From Balneolaceae bacterium (GTDB lineage Bacteria > Bacteroidota > Rhodothermia > Balneolales > Balneolaceae), in contig OY829281.1 in NCBI GenBank assembly GCA_963691715.1, positions 426,286 to 458,285 on the forward strand: a DNA stretch of 32,000 bases, written 5' to 3'. Each line of letters opens with the position of its first letter. Positions within the stretch are counted from its first letter, which is position 1. Positions 10,059-18,584 of the stretch are shown here, piece after piece. The notes below the pieces were generated by a model. The model saw nothing but the letters and a program-made list of their open reading frames with translations. It was not told the DNA's origin and did no database searches. Position numbers and translations under genes: made by a program.

Positions 10059-11159
10059 ATGACCAAAAAGAAAAAGGAAGAAATAAGGTTTGCTCCCACC
10101 GGTATCGGTGATGTTCATGAAGGAGCGGTACAAAAAGGGGTCGATTTACCCCCAGCAACTACAAAAACTCATACCGATTTAGGTTTATCTAACACTCAAT
10201 TACTCGAGATGTATGAGCAAATGTACTTGCAACGTCGATTTGAAGAACGATCTATGCAACAGTACCAAAAAGGAAAATTTGGAGGTTTTTTGCACTTGTA
10301 TATCGGTCAAGAAGCTATTTCTACAGGTACTGTCTTTGCTCTAGAACCAAAAGATGATATAATCACAGCGTACAGGGATCATGGCTGGGGTTTATGTCGT
10401 GGAATTACCCCAAATGAAGGAATGGCAGAGCTTTTTGGTAAAGCTACTGGCTCATCAAGAGGAAAAGGTGGGTCCATGCACTTCGCTAAAGCAGATCATC
10501 ATTTTTGGGGCGGTTATGGAATTGTGGGAGGTCATATCCCAATCAACGCAGGGCTAGCTTTTGCAAATAAGTACAATCAAACTGGAAATATTTCTACCTG
10601 TTTCTTTGGTGACGGAGCTGTTGATCAAGGCGCTTTGCATGAAACATTAAACCTTGCACAATTATGGAAGCTTCCTTCAATTTTTGTAGTTGAGAACAAC
10701 GGTTATTCAATGGGTACTGCAGCCGCTCGCCATACCGTGGCTGAAATTGTTGATCGTGCAAAAGGGTATGCAATGAAAAGTGCTGTGATTAATGGTATGG
10801 ATGTTTTTTCGGTGTATGAAAAAATGAAAGAAATTGCAGACGATATTCGAGAACACTCAGAACCATGGTTCGTGGAAATAAGAACCTATCGTTACAGAGG
10901 CCATTCAATGTCTGATCCGCAAAAATATCGTACGAAAGAAGAGTTAGAAGAATACCAAGCAATCGATCCTATAGCTAGGTTAAAAACTTATATGTTAACT
11001 AAGAAATTAACTACCGAAAAAGCATTAAAAGGAATCGAAGATAAGGTTGAACAGGAAGTGCTAGATGCTGTAAAATTTGCAGATGAATCTCCATTCCCAG
11101 AGGTACATGAAATGTATGAAGACATGTTTGACGAAGAAAACCCATATTTCCACGTTTAA
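10059..11159 (+). CDS. pdhA: Pyruvate dehydrogenase (acetyl-transferring) E1 component, alpha subunit
   Basis: TPP-binding stretch FFGDGAVDQGALHETLNLAQLWKLPSIFVVENNGYSMGT. YRYRGHSMSDP loop typical of heterotetrameric E1 alpha. Followed directly by E1 beta and E2. Confidence 0.92.
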   Translation: MTKKKKEEIRFAPTGIGDVHEGAVQKGVDLPPATTKTHTDLGLSNTQLLEMYEQMYLQRRFEERSMQQYQKGKFGGFLHLYIGQEAISTGTVFALEPKDDIITAYRDHGWGLCRGITPNEGMAELFGKATGSSRGKGGSMHFAKADHHFWGGYGIVGGHIPINAGLAFANKYNQTGNISTCFFGDGAVDQGALHETLNLAQLWKLPSIFVVENNGYSMGTAAARHTVAEIVDRAKGYAMKSAVINGMDVFSVYEKMKEIADDIREHSEPWFVEIRTYRYRGHSMSDPQKYRTKEELEEYQAIDPIARLKTYMLTKKLTTEKALKGIEDKVEQEVLDAVKFADESPFPEVHEMYEDMFDEENPYFHV

Positions 11160-11174
11160 AAATCATCAATAGAA

Positions 11175-12158
11175 ATGGCAGAATTACAATTTAGAGAAGC
11201 ACTTAAGTTTGCAATTGATGAAGAAATGGAACGCGATGAGCGTGTTTTCATCATGGGAGAAGAAGTAGCAGAATACAATGGTGCCTATAAGGTTACCGAA
11301 GGATTATTGGATAAATATGGATTTAAGCGCGTAATCGATACACCAATTTCAGAACTAGGATTTGCAGGGTTAGGTGTTGGAGCAGCAATGCGTGGCCTTC
11401 GGCCAATTGTAGAGTTTATGACTTTTAATTTTGCCGTTTTGGCTGCCGATCAAATCATAAATCACGCTACAAAAGTGAAATATATGACCGGTGGCCAAAT
11501 TGATTGCGCTATCGTTTTTCGGGGCCCCAATGCATCTGCTGGTCAATTAGGCGCTACACATTCCGTCGCCTATGATTCTATGTATGCACACTTTCCAGGA
11601 CTAAAAGTGATTTATCCATCTGAACCAGGTGACGCAAAAGGATTATTAAAATCGGCAATCCGTGACAATAATCCAGTTATTTTCATGGAATCTGAGCAAA
11701 TGTACGGCATGAAAGGAGATGTGCCAGATACCCAAGATTTCATTATTCCGATAGGAAAAGGAAAAATTAAAAGAGAAGGCAGTGATGTTACTGTGGTTGC
11801 ACATGGTAAAATGTATCATGTTGCTGTACAAGCCGCGGCACAACTTGCAAAAGATGGTATCGAATGTGAAATTATAGATCCTCGTACTGTTAAACCGTTA
11901 GATCTACCTTTAATTATTGATTCAATAAAAAAGACAAATCGTTGTGTGATTGTTGATGAAGCTCATCCTTTTGCTGGTCTAGCTGCTGAAATTGGATTTT
12001 TGATTCAACGCGAAGCATTTGACTATTTAGATGCTCCCGTTCAAAGAGTATGTTTACCAGATGTAAATGCTCCCTTTTCAAAAAAATTATTCGATGCGTG
12101 GTTCCCTAGCCCAAAAGATGTGATCGACGCAGTGAAACAAGTAACCTACCGAACCTAA
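11175..12158 (+). CDS. pdhB: Pyruvate dehydrogenase E1 component, beta subunit
   Basis: MGEEVAEYNGAYKVTEGL...RVIDTPISE N-terminal transketolase-Pyr-like region and a C-terminal transketolase-C-like domain. Lies between E1 alpha and E2 in the operon. Confidence 0.92.
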   Translation: MAELQFREALKFAIDEEMERDERVFIMGEEVAEYNGAYKVTEGLLDKYGFKRVIDTPISELGFAGLGVGAAMRGLRPIVEFMTFNFAVLAADQIINHATKVKYMTGGQIDCAIVFRGPNASAGQLGATHSVAYDSMYAHFPGLKVIYPSEPGDAKGLLKSAIRDNNPVIFMESEQMYGMKGDVPDTQDFIIPIGKGKIKREGSDVTVVAHGKMYHVAVQAAAQLAKDGIECEIIDPRTVKPLDLPLIIDSIKKTNRCVIVDEAHPFAGLAAEIGFLIQREAFDYLDAPVQRVCLPDVNAPFSKKLFDAWFPSPKDVIDAVKQVTYRT

Positions 12159-12180
12159 ACCAAGTTAAAAATCACTCACT

Positions 12181-13428
12181 ATGGCTATTAAAATTGAAAT
12201 GCCCAAACTTAGCGATACCATGGAAGAAGGGGTAATTGCTAAATGGAATGTGAAAGAAGGAGACACTGTAGATGCTGGCGATATTATCGCAGAAGTTGAA
12301 ACCGATAAAGCAACTATGGATGTCGAAGTCTTTGACGGTGGAACCATTTTAAAAATTGTACCTGGTGAAGGCGATGCTGTTCCCTTAGGAGGACTAATTG
12401 CAATTATTGGTGATGCTGGAGAAGATATTTCGAGTTTACTTACAGATGAAAGTACACCAGCAAGTACTCCGGTAGAAGATGCTCCTGCAAAAGAAGAAGT
12501 TTCAGAGACGGTAGCTACATCTAATGAAATAACTACGACAGATACTGATGGAAGACTAAAAGTATCTCCATTAGCCAAAAAGATTGCTGCAGATAAAGGA
12601 ATTGATCTAAAGTCAGTACTTGGTTCTGGTCCAGAAGGTAGAATTGTAAAGAAAGATGTAGAGACTTTCCAACCAAGTGGGGGACTTACAAAGCCAACAG
12701 CAACTACTAGCCCTAAGTCATCTACCGTAGTTAGAAGCTTTGAGAGTTTAGAGAGTAAAGAAATTAAAATTTCTCAAATGAGGAAAGTTATTGCTAGAAG
12801 ACTTTCTGAAAGTAAATTTACAAATCCACATTTTTATGAAACTATAGACATTGATATGAAAGCAGCATTCGCAGCAAGAAAAGCCATGAATGACGCAAAT
12901 GATGTTCGCATTAGTTTCAATGATATTGTTGTAAAAGTATGTGCTATTGCACTTACTCGACACCCTGCTATTAACAGTTCCTGGTTAGATGATATAATTA
13001 TGCAACATGGAGATGTTAATGTAGCCGTGGCAGTTGCCATTGATGAAGGGCTTATGACACCCGTTATTAATCACGCTGATAAAAAAGGATTAGCTGAGAT
13101 ATCAGCTGAAACCAAAGCATTAGCTGGCCTAGCAAAAGAACGTAAATTACAACCAGATCAAATGGAAGGAAGTACATTTACAATTAGTAATTTAGGAATG
13201 TTTGGTATCGAAGGATTTACTGCTATCATTAATCCACCTAATGCATGCATACTAGCAGTAGGTGCAATTCGAGATGTTCCAGTTGTTGAACACGGTGCTG
13301 TTGTTCCTGGTAAAAGAATGAAAGTAACTTTATCCTCCGATCACCGAGTAGTTGATGGCGCAAAGGCTGCTCAATTTTTAAATACTGTTCGGAACTTGAT
13401 AGAGAATCCATTATCTATGCTCCTTTAA
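12181..13428 (+). CDS. pdhC: Dihydrolipoamide acetyltransferase (E2) of pyruvate dehydrogenase complex
   Basis: Single lipoyl domain with EVETDKATMDVE (lipoyl-Lys). Peripheral-subunit-binding domain VSPLAKKIAADKGIDLKSVLGSGPEGRIVKKDV. Catalytic DHRVVDG motif near the C-terminus. Confidence 0.93.
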   Translation: MAIKIEMPKLSDTMEEGVIAKWNVKEGDTVDAGDIIAEVETDKATMDVEVFDGGTILKIVPGEGDAVPLGGLIAIIGDAGEDISSLLTDESTPASTPVEDAPAKEEVSETVATSNEITTTDTDGRLKVSPLAKKIAADKGIDLKSVLGSGPEGRIVKKDVETFQPSGGLTKPTATTSPKSSTVVRSFESLESKEIKISQMRKVIARRLSESKFTNPHFYETIDIDMKAAFAARKAMNDANDVRISFNDIVVKVCAIALTRHPAINSSWLDDIIMQHGDVNVAVAVAIDEGLMTPVINHADKKGLAEISAETKALAGLAKERKLQPDQMEGSTFTISNLGMFGIEGFTAIINPPNACILAVGAIRDVPVVEHGAVVPGKRMKVTLSSDHRVVDGAKAAQFLNTVRNLIENPLSMLL

Positions 13429-13507
13429 CCAACTGATTAGTTACATATTTAAAGGGTAATCTTTTGAAGGAGATAAACCTTGCAGAGTACTGGTATACCC
13501 ATTTATT

Positions 13508-13546
13508 AATGTGACCGCTTTGTTATAAATAGCGATCACATTTTTT
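13508..13546 (+). terminator. Putative intrinsic terminator after pdhC
   Basis: AATGTGACCGCT (13508-13519) pairs with AGCGATCACATT (13531-13542) with one mismatch around an 11-nt loop, followed by a T-run to 13546. It abuts the stop of the convergent motB-like gene. Confidence 0.45.
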
Positions 13547-15380
13547 ACGGTCTATACTCTAAGGTAAAAATTACTGGATTGGTATTGAAAGAAAGGGCTT
13601 TGATTTGATTTAACCTTGCTTGAGTGTTGGATAAACTAGATGTTTGGCTAGTCATCACAGAATAAGCACCATTCAAATTCTCTACACGTGTATTAATTCC
13701 TGTGGCTGTTTGAATTTCTAGAGCTAAATTGTTTGCAGCACTGTTGTTTGAAAACACATTGACTTGAATTTGATAGGCATAGTTGTAGTTAAATACAGTT
13801 TCTGGTTGATGACGAATGAATAGATTAACTTTGAAATCCAAATTTCTGTATTCACTAAGTTTTTCCAATACTTCATTTCTTGTATTATATGGGCCTGTCA
13901 AAATGTTGTATGTATCTGAGATACGATTCATAAAAGCCTGAATATTGTGTTTATCAAATAGTTCCATCATAAATTCGGAACCATTTGATCTATTTTGGAA
14001 CGCACCAAATTGAATAAGGTATTTAACTGGTTTTGGCCTATTTATGGTGTTATTGTAGCATTGGTGTAGAACATATACGTCTGAATCTTTTAAAGTATTA
14101 GAGATTACTTTATGACGGTTTAATACGGTTGAAAATGATTGAACAGCATTAGTTCTTATGGAATAATTATTGCCGTTGTAAGTAAGTATAACCGGATCAG
14201 AAATTTTATTTTCTATTTCTGAGGCCTCTTTAAATGCAGATTGCAGAAGAGCAAACTCTCCTAACTGAAGAGAAAACTGACAACGCGCATCCACCTTAAG
14301 TAATGAAGGTATTGTACTAGGTATTTCTTCAGTCTTTGTAGGTGTCTCTAATACTGGTTCGATGTTAGGCTTACTTTCCTTTAAAGGTTTAGATTCTACT
14401 TCCAGTTTGTTTATAGATTGATTCTCAACTTCCTCTAAAGGCACATCTAAATTTAGTTGGTCTTGTTGTACATTATTGTTAGAGGTTTCGGTTTCTTTTT
14501 TTACTTCTTCTATTTTGTTCTGATCAACTAAAGTAACAATAGCTGGTTGATCTGCTAAAACTATTAAATTTCCATCATCAGGATTTTTTAAAGAAGGCTC
14601 AATAGATATATCGTTTTCTAAAGTATCGAATACTATAATTTTAGAATCTTCACTTTCCTCTAGATTTTCTTGATTAACTAAATTCTCAGATGAATAATAA
14701 AGTCTAAGAACCACTCGTCGGTTGGTTTCTTTACTTGCAGCGAATGGATATCCTAAAGAATCGTAGTCAATTACTGGTCTAGAATCTGCATAGCCAGAGG
14801 CTTTTAATCTTCTAGCGGGTATTCCCATGTCATTAAAATATTTAACAATATTAGCAGCTCTAGCAGTTGAAAGTTCCCAGTTTGATGGATATATAGATGA
14901 TTGAATAGGTGTGTTATCTGTATGTCCCTCTATGTCAATATTAAAATCATTGTATTGTAATTGCTGCATAGAAATTAGCACTCGATCGAGCAGATCTTCA
15001 GATCCAGCTTGTAATTTTGCTTCGCCAGAACTATAAAGATCATCACTTTTAAATCGTATTCGAAGATCATTTAAATCTCTTATGATTTCAAGAGAACCAG
15101 CTTCAATTTCAGATTTCAATAGGATAACTAATTCTTCTTGTATATTTCCAATAGGGGTTGTGAAATATTCAGTTTGATCCGCCAATTTGCCAAAAATAGA
15201 AGATAAGGACGAGAATTCTGATTTTGTAATTTGGGACAGCGATAAAAGTATAATTAAGAAACCTAAAACAATAGTTATAATATCGAGATAGCTAACCTGC
15301 CAATTATTGTCTTCTTCTTCTTCATAATCTTGAATAGGAAAAAGGGAATGCTTAATGATTATAGGTTCTTTTTTTTTCAC
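13545..15380 (-). CDS. MotB/PomB-like stator subunit with OmpA-like peptidoglycan-binding domain and three C-terminal SPOR-like repeats
   Basis: N-terminus NNWQVSYLDIITIVLGFLIILL matches the MotB TM helix (W-x-x-x-Y-x-D) and includes the conserved Asp. OmpA-like core IEGHTDNTP...SNWELSTARAANIVKYF...ASGYADSRPV...NRRVVL. After an acidic linker come three ~75-aa units with the SPOR pattern (FSLQLGEF..., YLIQFGAFQNRSNGSEF...YNILTGPYNTRNEV..., YQIQVNVFSNNSAANNLA...AYSVMTSQ...). Confidence 0.8.
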   Translation of the reverse strand: MKKKEPIIIKHSLFPIQDYEEEEDNNWQVSYLDIITIVLGFLIILLSLSQITKSEFSSLSSIFGKLADQTEYFTTPIGNIQEELVILLKSEIEAGSLEIIRDLNDLRIRFKSDDLYSSGEAKLQAGSEDLLDRVLISMQQLQYNDFNIDIEGHTDNTPIQSSIYPSNWELSTARAANIVKYFNDMGIPARRLKASGYADSRPVIDYDSLGYPFAASKETNRRVVLRLYYSSENLVNQENLEESEDSKIIVFDTLENDISIEPSLKNPDDGNLIVLADQPAIVTLVDQNKIEEVKKETETSNNNVQQDQLNLDVPLEEVENQSINKLEVESKPLKESKPNIEPVLETPTKTEEIPSTIPSLLKVDARCQFSLQLGEFALLQSAFKEASEIENKISDPVILTYNGNNYSIRTNAVQSFSTVLNRHKVISNTLKDSDVYVLHQCYNNTINRPKPVKYLIQFGAFQNRSNGSEFMMELFDKHNIQAFMNRISDTYNILTGPYNTRNEVLEKLSEYRNLDFKVNLFIRHQPETVFNYNYAYQIQVNVFSNNSAANNLALEIQTATGINTRVENLNGAYSVMTSQTSSLSNTQARLNQIKALSFNTNPVIFTLEYRP

Positions 15381-15392
15381 AATTGAAAGAAA

Positions 15393-16190
15393 TTAAATCA
15401 TATTTCTATTTCTTCGCATATGAGCCTGTAATCGGTCGTATATTTGAAGAGCAGATTTATTCTCTTCAATCAGTACTATTCCTTCTAATATTAATTTCTC
15501 TCTGAAGTAACGTAAGGAAGCAACATTATTCATTTTTTTTGCCATAGGCGTAAAAATGAAATTGCCAATTAAAATGCCATAAAGGGTTGTCATCAATGCA
15601 GCACCAAGTCCTGATAAAAGAGATTCAACCTCACTAAATCCTGATAAAATTACTATTAAACCAAAAAGTGTCCCCAACATACCAAAAATTGGTGATGTTT
15701 TACCCATACTTGCTATAATCTGGTTTACTAATTGTTGCCTAGTATAATTTTCTTCAATATTAATTTCACCTAACTCTCTTAAATCTTCGGTGGAATAATT
15801 GGTATCTAAAATTGAAAATAGATACCCTTCGAATCTATCGTTATATTCTTCGCTTAATGAAGTAACTGCGGCATATTTATCTTTTTTGATCATTTTTTGC
15901 CAATCCATTACCCGTTGTATATCCGACTCTAGTACATCAGGAGTGATCGTACTGTATGAAAATAATTTTGAACTTTCTAACAGAGCTTTTAACACACTAT
16001 TAAATGGATAACTAATAAATACACTTGCAGTAATACCCCCAAATACAATAGCTAAACTGGGTAAATTCAAGAATTCAAATCGAGAAGGTATAAGCTCGTA
16101 TTCAGTAAAGCCAATTACTAATAAAGCTCCCCAAACTAGAATTAACAATGAGATTAAAAAACATAGTAAGTTGAGAACTGAAGTTCGCAT
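15393..16190 (-). CDS. MotA/PomA-type proton (ion) channel stator subunit
   Basis: Four predicted TM helices in a 2 + long cytoplasmic loop + 2 topology. TM3/TM4 motifs SPIFGMLGTLFGLIVIL and AALMTTLYGILIGNFIFTPMAKKM match the MotA_ExbB family signature. At 265 aa it has no long C-terminal tail. The gene lies 12 nt upstream of the motB-like gene. Confidence 0.85.
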   Translation of the reverse strand: MRTSVLNLLCFLISLLILVWGALLVIGFTEYELIPSRFEFLNLPSLAIVFGGITASVFISYPFNSVLKALLESSKLFSYSTITPDVLESDIQRVMDWQKMIKKDKYAAVTSLSEEYNDRFEGYLFSILDTNYSTEDLRELGEINIEENYTRQQLVNQIIASMGKTSPIFGMLGTLFGLIVILSGFSEVESLLSGLGAALMTTLYGILIGNFIFTPMAKKMNNVASLRYFREKLILEGIVLIEENKSALQIYDRLQAHMRRNRNMI

Positions 16191-16196
16191 GAGTTA

Positions 16197-16733
16197 TTAA
16201 AATGCTTTATTTAAATTTTCATCAATAAGTCCATTAGCTTGTAATTGCTGAATTACATACGCAATAACAGGGATTGGTACATCAGGATCCATTTCAAGAG
16301 CTGTGCGCCACTGGTTAACAAATTCTTCCATATATCCTAAACCAAGATAAATACTTCCCCTCAGAGCTATAACATCGGCATTTTCTTTGATAAGTGCTGC
16401 ACGATTTATCAAAAGCAAAGCATTTTCGAAATCACCAACATATAAATTTTGTTGTGCTAAGATATAGTAATTACTTAATGTATTAGCTTGATCTTGATAT
16501 TGAGCATACATTTCATCTTTATATATTTTTGTCAATGAATTTCTAAGTTCTTCTTCTCTTTCTTGTGCTTCTGCTATGCTATCCGCCTTGGCTTTGGCAA
16601 GAGTTTGTTTTTGTATTTCATCCTCCGTTACCGAAATTATTTGCGGGTTTTCTTCTGATATATCAGATGTAGCAACACAATTAATCTGAATTATAAAAAT
16701 AAGTGATACAACTATTCTGAATTCTATACTCAT
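16197..16733 (-). CDS. Secreted or lipid-anchored TPR protein
   Basis: N-terminal hydrophobic signal ending ..IIQINC|VATS (possible lipobox-like Cys). A coiled, charged segment. Then two TPR-like repeats (YYILAQQNLYVGDFENALLLINRAALI..., ALRGSIYLGLGYMEEFVNQWRTALEMDPD). This module is paralogous to the C-terminal tail of the 962-aa protein. Confidence 0.55.
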   Translation of the reverse strand: MSIEFRIVVSLIFIIQINCVATSDISEENPQIISVTEDEIQKQTLAKAKADSIAEAQEREEELRNSLTKIYKDEMYAQYQDQANTLSNYYILAQQNLYVGDFENALLLINRAALIKENADVIALRGSIYLGLGYMEEFVNQWRTALEMDPDVPIPVIAYVIQQLQANGLIDENLNKAF

Positions 16734-16739
16734 AATGAA

Positions 16740-18566
16740 TTATCTTTGTTGTGAGCGGGTAGCATTTTTTCTGATTGCATTCATTAGTTGAGATTTGGCA
16801 TATTCTGTTTCAGATATACTTAGATCCCTAAGTTCATTTAATTCCATTTTAAGTAAACGTTGTTCTCTTTTTGGTCGAGTAGAAATAATTTTTTCTATTA
16901 CATCATCATCAAGTCCAACGATTGCATCTAGTAAGGTTTCAGTATTGAAAGAACTTACCGACTGTTTAATAATTTCTGTATCTAAGTTTACAAGCATATC
17001 TATAGTAATGAAATTCTTATTCAAAATCGCACCTATCACAGACCCCGTTGCTCGTAATTCATCGATATATTGCTTTTGATCAAATACTGGGATTTTTTCT
17101 AAAATTGGGTAAAGGTGTTCTGCACCATACTGTTCACTTTTTTCAGCTTCAACTAAATCCATGGCTTTATCAAATAGGTTGGAAGATATGCTTTGTTGTT
17201 GATCGTTTGTAAGGCTATTTAATGAAGCAATTTTCAACATAATATTAGCTGCAATTTCTTTGTTAAGCTGTTTTAACAAAGATGCAGCAGTTTCTTCTGG
17301 TATATAATTCAAGATAAAGGCACCAGAAAGAGTGTCCTCAGTTTCAAGAAGGGTTAATACATGTCGTTCTGGAATATGGTCGAGAAATTTGAACAAAGAA
17401 AATTTATTTCTTTTTCTTTCAGAGATAGATTGCTTCGACCCTTTGTGTAGCATGGAGCCAAACTCAATAATAAGTTCATTTCTCTGATCGATTGACATTG
17501 GGATGATTTCATTCAATTGATCTGAGATTAATTCATAATCCTCAGGATGTAATTCACGTTTAAGTGTACGTAATAAGTGTTTATCAGTTGCTATTATTAC
17601 ACGTGCTGCTTTTACGGCTCCATTATTTTCTTCGCTTAGCCAATATCTAAAGATCGTAGCCACTTCTTCAGGTGTTTCAAAAAATGAATTAATGATGGCT
17701 TCTTTGTACGTTTCTAGATGGTTTGTTTCATTTTCTAGTATCTTATTGGATTGTATATGATGGTCTCTATGAGAAACATATTCATTTTTGAAAGCTTCTC
17801 TAAAATCTTTGATTGGAATATGTGCGCTTGGTTTATTAATGAGTCGATTAAAAAGTATAGTTAAACCAATTAATAGCATCAATGCTAATGCGGGTATATA
17901 AGTTACAATAGAATTTAAGTCGGATAATGAGGTTTGTGGAGAGAAGTATGAAGCAGTAATCTGCTCTGGTTGCTCAGTATAGTCAGGTATATCTAATTGT
18001 GAAATGTAAATTTCATCTCCTCGATCTCTATTTATTTTAATTGCAATACCCGTAATAAACCTCATTAATTCTAATTGCTTTGCTTTTAATGAAGTATCTG
18101 CATATACATTTACTGTCATATTCACTACACGCAGAGTTTTAATTGTATTTTGATTTACAACCATTTCTGGCTCTGAGTTTAGTGTGCTTTGCGGTTTCCT
18201 ATTCTCTTCTGGTAAAAAAGGAAGACCTGGCATAAATAAATTCTGTTGTGGTCGGGTTCTAGGTGCTGCCTGATTTTGAATAATAGATATAGTTTCCTCT
18301 ACCAATTCTGCGTTGATGCTAACGTCTACAAAGAATTTCTTTCGATCGAAGTAATTTGCAAGAATCTGGATAATTTGAGTGTCATATTGTTGTTCTAGAT
18401 TTGAAACTCTTAATTCTAAAGATTCGGAATTAACAGTACCTGATAATGATTGTGAAAAGCCTAAATTTGCATTAAAAATAAATGAAAAAAATAGTATTAC
18501 AATTAGTGATAAAAAAGATTTATCACATAAAGAAACATTGAACTTTATTTTTAAAAGTTTAGCCAA
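16740..18566 (-). CDS. Membrane protein: FliF-like periplasmic module + TM + full-length FliG-like (N/M/C) cytoplasmic domain
   Basis: TM1 (LSLIVILFFSFIF), then ~190 aa periplasmic, then TM2 (YIPALALMLLIGLTILF), then ~380 aa cytoplasmic. The last 80 aa align position by position with the FliG C-terminal domain as I remember it: T. maritima DDRSIQKVLREVDTRDLALALKGASDELKEKIFKNMSKRAAALLKDELEY..VRLKDVEEAQQKIINIIRRL versus here DTEIIKQSVSSFNTETLLDAIVGLDDDVIEKIISTRPKREQRLLKMELNELRDLSISETEYAKSQLMNAIRKN. The middle domain is also FliG-like (ETEDTLSGAFILNYIPEETAASLLKQLNKEIAANIMLKIASLNSL, cf. EHPQ..A.IL.YL.PE.AA.VL..L..E....V..RIA). The periplasmic part has FliF/YscJ-like stretches (LEQQYDTQIIQILANY..VDVSINAEL; LRVVNMTVNVYAD...ITGIAIKINRDRGDEIYI, cf. 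the FliF ..GfD..RGD.V.V motif). Confidence 0.65.
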   Translation of the reverse strand: MAKLLKIKFNVSLCDKSFLSLIVILFFSFIFNANLGFSQSLSGTVNSESLELRVSNLEQQYDTQIIQILANYFDRKKFFVDVSINAELVEETISIIQNQAAPRTRPQQNLFMPGLPFLPEENRKPQSTLNSEPEMVVNQNTIKTLRVVNMTVNVYADTSLKAKQLELMRFITGIAIKINRDRGDEIYISQLDIPDYTEQPEQITASYFSPQTSLSDLNSIVTYIPALALMLLIGLTILFNRLINKPSAHIPIKDFREAFKNEYVSHRDHHIQSNKILENETNHLETYKEAIINSFFETPEEVATIFRYWLSEENNGAVKAARVIIATDKHLLRTLKRELHPEDYELISDQLNEIIPMSIDQRNELIIEFGSMLHKGSKQSISERKRNKFSLFKFLDHIPERHVLTLLETEDTLSGAFILNYIPEETAASLLKQLNKEIAANIMLKIASLNSLTNDQQQSISSNLFDKAMDLVEAEKSEQYGAEHLYPILEKIPVFDQKQYIDELRATGSVIGAILNKNFITIDMLVNLDTEIIKQSVSSFNTETLLDAIVGLDDDVIEKIISTRPKREQRLLKMELNELRDLSISETEYAKSQLMNAIRKNATRSQQR

Positions 18567-18584
18567 AAGATAGATTTATATATA

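Noticed and set aside
12165-12578. 137-aa minus-strand ORF inside pdhC, plus the minus-strand ORFs at 12748-12963 and 12834-13040
   Set aside because: They are antisense shadows of a strongly supported E2 gene, with low-complexity Ser/Thr/Ala-rich translations and no recognisable motifs.
13545-16190. Zorya (ZorAB) anti-phage system, ExbBD/TolQR or GldLM motor
   Set aside because: ZorA has a very long C-terminal tail and is accompanied by ZorC/D or ZorE, whereas this MotA-like protein is 265 aa and no such genes are present. ExbB/TolQ have 3 TM helices, and ExbD/TolR lack an OmpA-like domain. No gldK/gldN or TonB/Pal/TolA/TolB neighbours are present. The 4-TM topology and the W..Y.D MotB helix fit MotAB/PomAB best.
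13545-18566. Ordinary flagellar motor locus (fliF-fliG-motA-motB)
   Set aside because: No fliM/fliN, fliH/I/J, flhA/B, fliPQR, rod, hook or flagellin genes lie adjacent. The FliG-like domain is fused behind two TM helices to a periplasmic module far shorter than FliF. The flanking genes are fimbrial-type and TPR. A flagellar role elsewhere in the genome cannot be excluded from this window.
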